32,000 bases of DNA, taken from the NCBI GenBank assembly GCA_028710695.1, contig JAQTTP010000002.1, positions 1 through 32,000 of the forward strand, in the 5' to 3' direction. The position numbers and the translations under genes are program-made. The notes beneath the pieces are model-generated. The model was given only the letters and a program-made list of their open reading frames with translations. It was not told the DNA's origin and did no database searches. Positions 7,278-14,451 of this stretch are shown here, piece by piece (within the stretch, counting starts at the first letter, position 1; each line of letters begins with the position of its first letter). The DNA comes from Candidatus Iainarchaeum sp. Its GTDB lineage: Archaea; Iainarchaeota; Iainarchaeia; Iainarchaeales; 0-14-0-20-30-16.

Positions 7278-8426
7278 TCATTTCCTCAAATCATTATAGA
7301 TCATTGTTAAATCATTTATCTTTGATATTCTCTCTCCGTTCATTAAAGATTCTTTTAGGTATGGAATTTTCCAACCCACCGCTAATTGTGCAATTGTTGT
7401 ATCACAAGTTTCTCCAGACCTATGTGAAATTACTGGAGTTATACCCTTGCTTTTTGCTAAATCAACAACTTCCTTTGCTTTTGATAAACATCCAATTTGG
7501 TTTGGTTTAATTATAATTCCATTTGCGGATTTATTTTTTATTCCTTCTTTTAATCTTTCAACATTTGTTACAAACAAATCGTCTCCGCAGATTATCTTGT
7601 CTTTTCCGAACTTGTCAACAAGTTCTGCAGATGCGCCAAATGAATTCTCCATAACTGGATCTTCAGCATAAAACAAATTATACTTCTCAATTATATCTTC
7701 AATAAATTTTAAGTATTTTCTTTCGTTCATTTTTTTATTTCCAAAGAAATAATTTCCGTTTTTGTAATAACTTGTAGATGCAAAGTCTACACCAACACAA
7801 AAATTCTCTAGCTTACTCTTTGTTGCAATACTCAAAGATTCCTTGTAATCTCCTTTAAATGCAATTGCACCTTCGTCATTTTTTCCAAAAAATATTTTCT
7901 TATCTGTCAAATGTTTTTCAACGTTTTTGTAAAATTGTATTCCATCTTTTACTCTTTTTGAAAAGTCATTTTGTTTGCTTGTTCCCAAAATTTCTTGTAT
8001 GGGCATTTTGTTTTGTGTGTGCAAGCCACCACCAATTGTGTTTGACAAAAGGTAAGGCAAATCTTCTTTCTTTGGGTTTTTATTATATAATTCATAAACC
8101 TGCTTCTTCTTTTTATAAGCAGATATTTTAAGATTAAGTATAGACAAAGCTAATGAAACTGCAGATCCACTTTTTGAGAAGTTTTCCCCACAAAGTTTTT
8201 CTAATTCTGAATCAAAATCCTTTTGGTTGATTCCAAAATCTAATTTAGGGATTACTTTTTTTTCAGCAAACAAAACAGCTTTATCAATGCCGTCTGGAGC
8301 AACAGAAACTTCGTAAGTGCCAACGCTCTTTCCAGAAGGAGATTGTGCGAAAACTAGATTATCATATGTTGCCAATACAGTCTCGCTTGCTCTTGAATCA
8401 TATATTTTGTATACTTTCACAGCCAT
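7278..8426 (-). CDS. eno: Enolase (short, divergent).
   Basis: Signature motifs 'SHRSGET', 'CGDDLFVTN', 'IKPNQIG', 'AEDP' and N-terminal 'IYDSRAS'. It holds the conserved archaeal position next to uS2. The start was moved to the ATG after GGTGAAGATA. Confidence 0.9.
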   Translation of the reverse strand: MAVKVYKIYDSRASETVLATYDNLVFAQSPSGKSVGTYEVSVAPDGIDKAVLFAEKKVIPKLDFGINQKDFDSELEKLCGENFSKSGSAVSLALSILNLKISAYKKKKQVYELYNKNPKKEDLPYLLSNTIGGGLHTQNKMPIQEILGTSKQNDFSKRVKDGIQFYKNVEKHLTDKKIFFGKNDEGAIAFKGDYKESLSIATKSKLENFCVGVDFASTSYYKNGNYFFGNKKMNERKYLKFIEDIIEKYNLFYAEDPVMENSFGASAELVDKFGKDKIICGDDLFVTNVERLKEGIKNKSANGIIIKPNQIGCLSKAKEVVDLAKSKGITPVISHRSGETCDTTIAQLAVGWKIPYLKESLMNGERISKINDLTMIYNDLRK

Positions 8427-8483
8427 TATCTTCACCATTGGGGTAATACCAAACACAATTTTATGTCTTTAGACATAAAAATT

Positions 8484-8675
8484 TTACTTTTGATATTCCA
8501 TTAACTCATCGATAAACTCAACTGTAGTCAGATACATCCTTCTACAGCACGGCCTGTCTATCCCTAATTCTTTGAAAACTTCGTTTGTTGGTTTCCTTTT
8601 TGCAAGTTCTTTAAACTTTTCATAGTCTTCTGCAACTACTTTTCCACAACTAAAGCATCTTACCGGAACCATCAT
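8484..8675 (-). CDS. rpoN: DNA-directed RNA polymerase subunit N (Rpo10).
   Basis: 'MMVPVRCFSCGKVV...DRPCCRRM' is the zinc-binding Rpo10 signature. Confidence 0.9.
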   Translation of the reverse strand: MMVPVRCFSCGKVVAEDYEKFKELAKRKPTNEVFKELGIDRPCCRRMYLTTVEFIDELMEYQK

Positions 8676-8711
8676 AACGATCACATCTAATAATAAAAAA
8701 TATAGAGGATT

Positions 8712-9425
8712 CTACCTCTTAGATCTTTGTTTCTTTGCTCTTGCACCACGGCCTAATTGTTTCTTAGACTCTTTTCTTCTAGCATCATCTACTAGCAAAG
8801 ACTTATCATATTTCATAAACATTTCTTTTAATTTATCATCTTTATAGTATTCTACTAATCCTTTAGCAATACAGCCTCTTGAGGTGATTATCTGACTCAT
8901 GAATCCGCCGCCTTTTACTGCGATTTCAATGTCAACTCCATTAACTAATCCGTTTTTGAAGTTGTCAGTTAGCATTAAAGGCTCTCTAACTAGGTTATAA
9001 AGATGCTTGTTATCTATAACTGCAATTGGCTTTTTATTTATTGTTACTCTTCCTTTTCCATCTGAAATTCTTGCTGTTGCAATTGCGGTCTTTCTTTTTG
9101 CTTTAACTAAAACATATTTTTTCTTTCCTTTTTTACCTGCGGATTTAGATGTTTTTGCAGGGGCTTTACTAGTAACCTTGTCAGCAACTTTATCCTGTTT
9201 TTCTTTTGCTTTAATTGGTGCTGGCTCTTTCTTAGCTTCTACTTTTGGCTCTATTTTCTTTTCTGCCTTAGCCTTTACTTCTTTCTTAGCCTCTACTTTA
9301 GGCTTAGCTTCTACCTTGGCTTTAACTTCTTTTTTTGGAGCTTCCTTTTTTTCTGGTTTTGGAGCTTCTTTCTTTACTTCTTTAACTTTCTTTTCTATTG
9401 CTTTCTTAACTTCTTTAGCTACCAT
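8712..9425 (-). CDS. rps9: 30S ribosomal protein uS9 with a ~100-aa Lys-rich N-terminal extension.
   Basis: The C-terminal core 'GKRKTAIATARISDGKGRVTINKKP...GGGFMSQ...ARRKESKKQLGRGARAKKQRSKR' is uS9. The N-terminal half is KEAPK/PKVEAK low complexity. Confidence 0.9.
   Translation of the reverse strand: MVAKEVKKAIEKKVKEVKKEAPKPEKKEAPKKEVKAKVEAKPKVEAKKEVKAKAEKKIEPKVEAKKEPAPIKAKEKQDKVADKVTSKAPAKTSKSAGKKGKKKYVLVKAKRKTAIATARISDGKGRVTINKKPIAVIDNKHLYNLVREPLMLTDNFKNGLVNGVDIEIAVKGGGFMSQIITSRGCIAKGLVEYYKDDKLKEMFMKYDKSLLVDDARRKESKKQLGRGARAKKQRSKR
9166..9227 (-). repeat. Copy A (in the uS9 N-terminal extension) of a 62-nt segment that is 54/62 identical to 24310..24371 in the uL22 tail.
   Basis: Hand alignment of TTACTAGTAACCTTGTCAGCAACTTTATCCTGTTTTTCTTTTGCTTTAATTGGTGCTGGCTC against the uL22 copy. 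It encodes ..PAPIKAKEKQDKVADKVTSK.. Confidence 0.8.
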
Positions 9426-9430
9426 TAATA

Positions 9431-9901
9431 TCACCATTTAGCACCCAAAAACTTTGAAATTTCTGCAATTGCAACATTTTTTCTTAAAGGGTTTGCTATT
9501 GCTTTTTCAAGTTTTACCATCTTTACTGCTGGATCTGTCCCAACAAATACTTTTAATTTTCTATAAGCATCCATTCCTTTTGCTCTTTTGTGTTTTATCA
9601 TTCCCCTAATTGCTCTTCTAACTATTCCAGATGGATTTTTTGGATAGTGTGGGCCTTTCAAAGGGTTTCCTTTTCCAGCAAAATCTTGTTTTTCTTTATA
9701 TTTTTCAAATATGTCTGCCCTATTTCCATTTATAACTGCTTTTTCTGCATTATAAATGTTCACAGTATTTCCAGAAAGTATTTCTTTTGCAACATATGTT
9801 GCTCCTCTTCCTAAAACTGTGTTTTCAAAATCATAATTTATGATTTTTGGTTCTGGTTTAACAGCCCTGAATTTTCTTTTTACTTCGTTTCTTAATACCA
9901 T
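9431..9901 (-). CDS. rpl13: 50S ribosomal protein uL13.
   Basis: 'VLGRGATYVAKEILSGNTVNIYNAEKAVINGN' and 'IVRRAIRGMIKHKRAKGMDAYRKLKVFVG' are uL13 sequences. The ATG follows AAGGTG. Confidence 0.9.
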   Translation of the reverse strand: MVLRNEVKRKFRAVKPEPKIINYDFENTVLGRGATYVAKEILSGNTVNIYNAEKAVINGNRADIFEKYKEKQDFAGKGNPLKGPHYPKNPSGIVRRAIRGMIKHKRAKGMDAYRKLKVFVGTDPAVKMVKLEKAIANPLRKNVAIAEISKFLGAKW

Positions 9902-9911
9902 AACAGACACC

Positions 9912-10265
9912 TTATTTCACTAATATAACATTCTTTGGCTTTTCAGCAATTAATTCTTCTAAATTTTTTGCTTTTGCCCCGATATTTGCTAATTTTTTAA
10001 CTGCAACTGCGGAGTATGCGAAAGCATAAATATTCACTTTCTTTGTTATTACTCCAGTACCCAAAATTTTTCCAGGAACAACAAATACTGCCTTGTCATT
10101 CTTTGAAGCAAGTCTCTCAATTTTTGAAAGGTTAACAGTAAATGCCCTTCTAGATGGAACATCAATATCTTCCGCAATATCTAAAAGGTATTTTTGGCCT
10201 TTCTTTCCTGCTTTTTCCAATGCAATTATTGTTTTCTTCAAATTCAAATCCAAATTCTTTCTCAT
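9912..10265 (-). CDS. rpl18e: 50S ribosomal protein eL18 (L18e).
   Basis: 'PSRRAFTVNLSKIERL...VVPGKILGTG' is the L18e pattern, and the gene has the conserved position before uL13. Confidence 0.85.
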   Translation of the reverse strand: MRKNLDLNLKKTIIALEKAGKKGQKYLLDIAEDIDVPSRRAFTVNLSKIERLASKNDKAVFVVPGKILGTGVITKKVNIYAFAYSAVAVKKLANIGAKAKNLEELIAEKPKNVILVK

Positions 10266-10292
10266 TTCTATCACTCTTTAAACATTATCTCT

Positions 10293-10308
10293 GTGCCATT
10301 CATGGCAC
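10293..10308. promoter_or_regulatory. Relatively GC-rich palindrome GTGCCAT-TC-ATGGCAC in the eL18 leader.
   Basis: Perfect 7-bp arms read from the sequence, 28-43 nt upstream of the eL18 ATG. Confidence 0.2.
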
Positions 10309-10332
10309 TATTTTTTCTTTGGCGAACTTAGG

Positions 10333-10357
10333 CTTTCTTTTTTTTTAAAAAAGAAAG
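10333..10357 (-). terminator. A/T hairpin plus T-run immediately 3' of tRNA-Leu.
   Basis: + strand CTTTCTTTTTT-TTT-AAAAAAGAAAG (11-bp arms). On the minus strand the tRNA is followed by CTTTCTTTTTT. Confidence 0.3.
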
Positions 10358-10362
10358 GATAG

Positions 10363-10542
10363 TGTGGGGGGTGAGGCTCGAACTCACGAAGGCACTAAGC
10401 CACAGGATTTCCCACTCCCTTTTGAAAAGGGTAAGCACTTACAAACGGACTTATACCATTCTCTTTTCCGTCAACGCTTTTGCGCGAAAGCGGAAAAGGG
10501 TTGTCTTAAGTCCTGCCCGTTTGACCGCTTCGGTACCCCCAC
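10363..10542 (-). tRNA. tRNA-Leu (anticodon UAA) with a 96-nt intron at the canonical 37/38 position (intron 10409..10504).
   Basis: Minus-strand read: GTGGGGG-TA-CCGAAGCGGTCAAACGGG-CAGGA-CTTAAG | intron | A-TCCTG-TGGCTTAGTGCCTTC-GTGAG-TTCGAGC-CTCAC-CCCCCAC-A. It has a 7-bp acceptor stem, a 5-bp anticodon stem, a long variable arm (type II) and a canonical T-loop. No CCA is encoded. Confidence 0.8.
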
Positions 10543-10567
10543 AAGCCATTTGTAAATATTTTTCCCT

Positions 10568-11278
10568 CTATTTCAGTTTTGCTGAAATCTTTTTAAAATA
10601 TTCTTTCAAGTATTCATCAACATCAATAAAGATGTCTTCTAAATCCTTATTTTTGAATAATTCTAAATATAAATAAAATATATCTTCTGATAATTTTACT
10701 TTAAATCCTGCTTGCTCTAAGCAATATTTACAGAAATCATATGATGCAGTCTCAGAAATAACTAATTTATTTCCTTCTTTTTTTAACTGCCCTTCTGAAA
10801 CTAACTTTTCTATTTCCTTAGGAAGTTTGTCTTTTGTTTGTGCTTCTGCAAACTCTCTATAATAAACTAATGCTGGTTGGAATTTAACATGTTCTTTTCC
10901 AGTTCCTTTTCCCATTTTAAGCTCAATTTCTACTTCACAGTCTTTCTTTAATTTAACTAAAGGTATGTTTTTATATAGAACTTCAACATCGTTTGACTGA
11001 ATATCGTTGCTATAAACCATTCCGCCTTTCTTTTTTATATATCCTTTAGAATTATCGGATATTTCTCCTTTTATTGGAACTAGCCCAATTCTATTTGCTA
11101 AGAATTCATCAGGCATTACACTTTCATTCTTGTAGTATATTACCTCATCTACTGCCATTGTAGGAACTTCTGTTGTTATTGCTCTTCTTATAAAATTCAT
11201 AAAGGTGTAATCTACACCATTTAGAAGAAAGCAATACTTTCCTGTTTCCTTATCTGCGCTAACTAATTCCATCTTCAT
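10568..11278 (-). CDS. rpoD: DNA-directed RNA polymerase subunit D (Rpo3).
   Basis: 'FLLNGVDYTFMNFIRRAITTEVPTMAVDEV...NRIGLVPI' is the Rpo3/alpha-like dimerisation domain, and the gene follows uS11 as conserved. The ATG at 11278 (MKMELV) is preferred over the track GTG at 11323. Confidence 0.85.
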   Translation of the reverse strand: MKMELVSADKETGKYCFLLNGVDYTFMNFIRRAITTEVPTMAVDEVIYYKNESVMPDEFLANRIGLVPIKGEISDNSKGYIKKKGGMVYSNDIQSNDVEVLYKNIPLVKLKKDCEVEIELKMGKGTGKEHVKFQPALVYYREFAEAQTKDKLPKEIEKLVSEGQLKKEGNKLVISETASYDFCKYCLEQAGFKVKLSEDIFYLYLELFKNKDLEDIFIDVDEYLKEYFKKISAKLK

Positions 11279-11357
11279 AAAAACACATCCGCATATAGAT
11301 GCAAAACCGCTTTGGTCAGGCACCTACTTTGTTTTTGTTTGGACTTGGTAAGAAAAA

Positions 11358-11741
11358 TTATTTCTTCTCCTTTGATCTATATCTCTTCTTTCTTCTACAA
11401 CTATCATGTGGCATAGGAGTAACATTCTCAATCTCTAAAATACTCAACCCACCTCTAGTTAAAGAAGTTATTGCTGCTTCTGCTCCCGGACCTGGGTTCT
11501 TTGGTTTTATTCCACCTGGTGCTCGCACTCTTATTACTATACTACTTACGCCTTTGTTCTTTAAAGCATCAACTACTTGTTCTGCTGCCTTCATCGCGGT
11601 GTATGGGCTTCCTTCTTTATGTTGAGCTTTAGTTACCATACCACCAGTTACTCTAACTATAGTTTCTGATCCAGTTATATCTGTTGCCAAAATAATAATA
11701 TTATTGTGGGATGCAAATATGTTTACTATTGCTTTATTCAT
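11358..11741 (-). CDS. rps11: 30S ribosomal protein uS11.
   Basis: 'IFASHNNIIILATDITG...SPYTAMKAAE...PGPGAEAAITSLTRGGLSILEIENVTPMPHDSCRRKKR'. Confidence 0.95.
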   Translation of the reverse strand: MNKAIVNIFASHNNIIILATDITGSETIVRVTGGMVTKAQHKEGSPYTAMKAAEQVVDALKNKGVSSIVIRVRAPGGIKPKNPGPGAEAAITSLTRGGLSILEIENVTPMPHDSCRRKKRYRSKEKK

Positions 11742-12328
11742 TCAACCACCTTTTCTTCATTTTCAGTAACTGCCGGACTCATATCTACTGCTTGTTTAAC
11801 AGCCTCTGCCTGCATTCGCGGCTTTCTAAGTTCTACTTCTAAAACCTTTGGTTTCTTTCCTTTATAGTATGTAACCTTTGCTTCATCAACTACAGTAACT
11901 AATGAATTCGGAGAAGTTATTCTTCTTCCATTTATTGCTATATGTCCATGAACAATAAATTGTCTTGCTTGACTTAAAGTAGTTGCTAGCCCTTTTCTAA
12001 AAACTAACATAACCAATCTTCTTTCAAGTAAGTCTTCAATTTTCAAAGATAATACACTATCGATTGTTGCATCGTCTTTTAACAAGCCAAATTTCTTCAA
12101 AGAGTCAATTAAGATTTTCTTTTCTTTTTCTAATTGGTCTGATGGCAAAGCCAATATATCTCTTGCAGACTTTCTCTTTTTTCTTAGCATTGTCTTAAAC
12201 ATGAACAATTCTGTCTTGTTTCCTAAACAAAAGTTCTTTAACATGTCCCTCTCTTCAGGTATTCTTTCTTTATCGAACCTTTTCTTAGGAACACTATACT
12301 TCTTTGAAAATTTTCTTGGATCTCCCAT
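11738..12328 (-). CDS. rps4: 30S ribosomal protein uS4.
   Basis: 'MGDPRKFSKKY', 'LERRLVMLVFRKGLATTLSQARQFIVHGHIAINGRRITSP' (S4 domain). The SD is GGTGATAACA-ATG. Confidence 0.95.
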   Translation of the reverse strand: MGDPRKFSKKYSVPKKRFDKERIPEERDMLKNFCLGNKTELFMFKTMLRKKRKSARDILALPSDQLEKEKKILIDSLKKFGLLKDDATIDSVLSLKIEDLLERRLVMLVFRKGLATTLSQARQFIVHGHIAINGRRITSPNSLVTVVDEAKVTYYKGKKPKVLEVELRKPRMQAEAVKQAVDMSPAVTENEEKVVE

Positions 12329-12346
12329 TGTTATCACCGTTTAAAA

Positions 12347-12916
12347 TTATTTAGTTGCCTTTACAACTCCTACACTTCTTCCTTTACCTCTAAATCCTGC
12401 TTTTGTTTTTTGTCCTCTTACTGGCAGGCCTCTCATTCTTCTTATTGCTTTTCTATGTCTCATCTTACCTAATCTGTCTAATTCTTCTTTATCATTAAAC
12501 AATAAATCTGATCCTAAAAGGTGTTTTGCTTTTCCATCCCAAACGTCTTCTGGCTTGTTAACAAACCAATTTGGAAAACCGTGGTTTAAAGGATTCTTTG
12601 CAATGTCTTCTAGCAAAGCCAATTGTTTTTCATCTAGCTTTCCTATTTTTGTAGTTGGTGGCAATTTTGTTTTTAATTCAAAAATTCTCGCAACTGCAAC
12701 ATTGTATCTTGTTCCAATTCCTTTTATTTTCCCAAGTACAGTCTGAACAGACTTACCTGCTGAAACATCAGTATCAACAATTCTAACAATTCCTTCACTG
12801 GATTCTATCTTCTGTGGTTTTGGCACATAAGCTTTTTTTTCTGTTTTTACTTCAGTAGAATCTCTATCTTTATTTTTATCATTACCTTTTCCTTGTTTTT
12901 CTTCTTTTTTTGCCAT
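12347..12916 (-). CDS. rps13: 30S ribosomal protein uS13 with a ~40-aa charged N-terminal extension.
   Basis: 'IVRIVDTDVSAGKSV...IKGIG', 'FPNWFVNKPEDVWDGKAKHLLGSDL' and 'RGLPVRGQKTKAGFRGKG' are archaeal uS13 sequences. Confidence 0.92.
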   Translation of the reverse strand: MAKKEEKQGKGNDKNKDRDSTEVKTEKKAYVPKPQKIESSEGIVRIVDTDVSAGKSVQTVLGKIKGIGTRYNVAVARIFELKTKLPPTTKIGKLDEKQLALLEDIAKNPLNHGFPNWFVNKPEDVWDGKAKHLLGSDLLFNDKEELDRLGKMRHRKAIRRMRGLPVRGQKTKAGFRGKGRSVGVVKATK

Positions 12917-12935
12917 TAAATCACACCCATAATAA

Positions 12936-13145
12936 TTATAATTTCACTTTCTTAAGTTCCTCAATAGTCTTTACTACCTGGTCCAAAGGCCATAAGTGAA
13001 GCATATTTATTTTTCTTTTTTTGAACTTTAAACCTTCAACATCAACAATGTTTGATTTTGGGTCTACTGCAGTAATTATTACTACTTTTCCAAAATCATT
13101 TCCTTGCTTTATTATACAAACTCTTCCAACATCAATTATTTTCAT
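12936..13145 (-). CDS. rpl14e: 50S ribosomal protein eL14 (L14e, KOW).
   Basis: 'VGRVCIIKQGNDFGKVVIITAVDPKSNIVDVEG...KKRKINMLHLWP' matches the L14e pattern, and the gene sits after cmk as conserved. Confidence 0.75.
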   Translation of the reverse strand: MKIIDVGRVCIIKQGNDFGKVVIITAVDPKSNIVDVEGLKFKKRKINMLHLWPLDQVVKTIEELKKVKL

Positions 13146-13157
13146 GCAATCACGCCT

Positions 13158-13601
13158 TTATTTTTTCATCTTATTTAAATATTTTTCAATAACATCAATA
13201 ATTCCTGAAGAATTAATCTTATCTATATTAATTACTAAATCATAGTTTCCATAATCTTTTATGTTCAAACCATAATTATTTGTGAAATATTCTCTCATTT
13301 CACCATCTTTTGTTTCAATCTCTTTTTTTGCTTCTTCAATTGTTATTTTTTTATTTTCTACTAAGTATCTAATTTTGTTTTCTGAAGATGCTTTCAAAAA
13401 AATCCTTACATCCGGATCTTTTATTTTCCATACCGCCAACATTCCTTTATAGATTGTATCTTTTTTTGGCTTATTAAAAAAGCCTTCTTCTTTAGGAACA
13501 TTGTCTTCTATAGGTTCAAATTTCAAACCATATCTCATTGCAATGGCTTTACAGGTCGGTTCTATGTCTTCATAACCATTACTTGCAATAGTTATTATCA
13601 T
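13158..13601 (-). CDS. Cytidylate-kinase-like protein lacking a recognisable P-loop (probably not an active kinase).
   Basis: The C-terminal half 'RIFLKASSENKIRYLVENKKITIEEAKKEIETKDGEMREYF...YGLNIKDYGNYDLVINIDKIN' resembles archaeal Cmk, and the gene has the conserved eL34/eL14 position. Where GxxGxGK[ST] is expected, the sequence reads 'MIITIASNGYEDIEPT'. Confidence 0.6.
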   Translation of the reverse strand: MIITIASNGYEDIEPTCKAIAMRYGLKFEPIEDNVPKEEGFFNKPKKDTIYKGMLAVWKIKDPDVRIFLKASSENKIRYLVENKKITIEEAKKEIETKDGEMREYFTNNYGLNIKDYGNYDLVINIDKINSSGIIDVIEKYLNKMKK

Positions 13602-13660
13602 CACTTTCACCTATGAACAATATTTCCTGCCGATATTTTTACGCATAATTCTCTTTATAA

Positions 13661-13984
13661 CTACTTCCCAATTCTCTTTATTGCTTGAGAAACAAACTTC
13701 TTCATCGTTACTGTTAAGTCATCTTCTTTTTTTGCGCCTATTTTTACTTTTATTGCATTTTCAAAAACCTTGTCTCTACAAGTTGAGCACAAAACTCCAC
13801 CAAATACCACAGACGGCCTTTTTTCTGTTTTTGACAAACCTCTATTGTTGTTGGCAGACAATATTCTGTCTTTACAGATTCCACAACTTACTTTTGTCTT
13901 TTTTTGTCTTATAAGACTAATTCTAGATTCTCCACCTGGAACCCTTACCTTCTTTTTTTTCATTACTCTCTCGCTTGGTCTCAT
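13661..13984 (-). CDS. rpl34e: 50S ribosomal protein eL34 (L34e).
   Basis: 'MRPSERVMKKKKVRVPGGESR...CGICKDRI...GGVLCSTCRDKV' is the zinc-ribbon L34e pattern. The SD GTGATTATC precedes the ATG. Confidence 0.9.
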   Translation of the reverse strand: MRPSERVMKKKKVRVPGGESRISLIRQKKTKVSCGICKDRILSANNNRGLSKTEKRPSVVFGGVLCSTCRDKVFENAIKVKIGAKKEDDLTVTMKKFVSQAIKRIGK

Positions 13985-14001
13985 GATAATCACGCCTTAT
14001 T

Positions 14002-14445
14002 TTATCCAAATACTTTTTTCTTTTCTAACAAGTTAAATACAACACTGTAATAAATTCCTGAAACTATTGCAACTAGTATATACCATACTAATGCAGGGCT
14101 TAATCCCAAAAACTTTCCTACTGGAAATTCAGCATATAAGAAATATATTTGCACAATAAACAAAACTATTATTCCAATAACGAACAGGTATATCATATTT
14201 GACATATTTCCTTTCATCATCCCCATGGACAGTTCCATGATTTCTTTTTGTAGTTTATCTGCTTTTTCTTTTGCTTTGGGGTCTGTTGAAGAACTCTTCA
14301 TAAGTTCTTTCATTTCCTTTTGTTTCTCTTTTACTTCTTTTTGCTTTTCTTTTATTCCATACTTTTTTTCAGATCTTTTTTTCAAATAAAAACTAATTGC
14401 AGAAACTAATAATCCCAATGCACCTACAATAAACACTGCCCACAT
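14002..14445 (-). CDS. DUF106 / EMC3-TMCO1-like membrane protein (archaeal YidC-like insertase homologue).
   Basis: TM1, then a K/E-rich coiled coil ('KEKQKEVKEKQKEMKELM'), then two further TMs. It has the conserved position downstream of secY. Confidence 0.7.
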   Translation of the reverse strand: MWAVFIVGALGLLVSAISFYLKKRSEKKYGIKEKQKEVKEKQKEMKELMKSSSTDPKAKEKADKLQKEIMELSMGMMKGNMSNMIYLFVIGIIVLFIVQIYFLYAEFPVGKFLGLSPALVWYILVAIVSGIYYSVVFNLLEKKKVFG

Positions 14446-14451
14446 ATATTA

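Noticed and set aside
8712-9425. Periodic repeats in the Lys-rich regions as a CRISPR array or non-coding tandem-repeat locus.
   Set aside because: The repeats are imperfect, in frame, and inside long ORFs continuous with conserved ribosomal protein cores. There is no repeat-spacer architecture.
9007-9441. 144-aa + strand ORF antisense to uS9. Similar ORFs occur at 18069..18530, 18718..19215, 20228..20758 and 21945..22397.
   Set aside because: These are Phe/Leu/Ser-rich mirror images of AAR-rich (Lys) coding sequence. Such antisense frames lack stops by composition. They have no SD or promoter and sit opposite highly conserved ribosomal genes.
10409-10504. C/D-box sRNA or a protein-coding (homing endonuclease) function for the long tRNA intron.
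   Set aside because: No RUGAUGA or CUGA boxes are present, and 96 nt is far too short for an endonuclease ORF. Only its structure is noted.
10362-10676. Two + strand ORFs (104 and 63 aa) across the tRNA locus.
   Set aside because: They are antisense to a well-formed tRNA-Leu and to the RpoD 3' end. Their openness reflects the GC-rich structured RNA, not coding potential.
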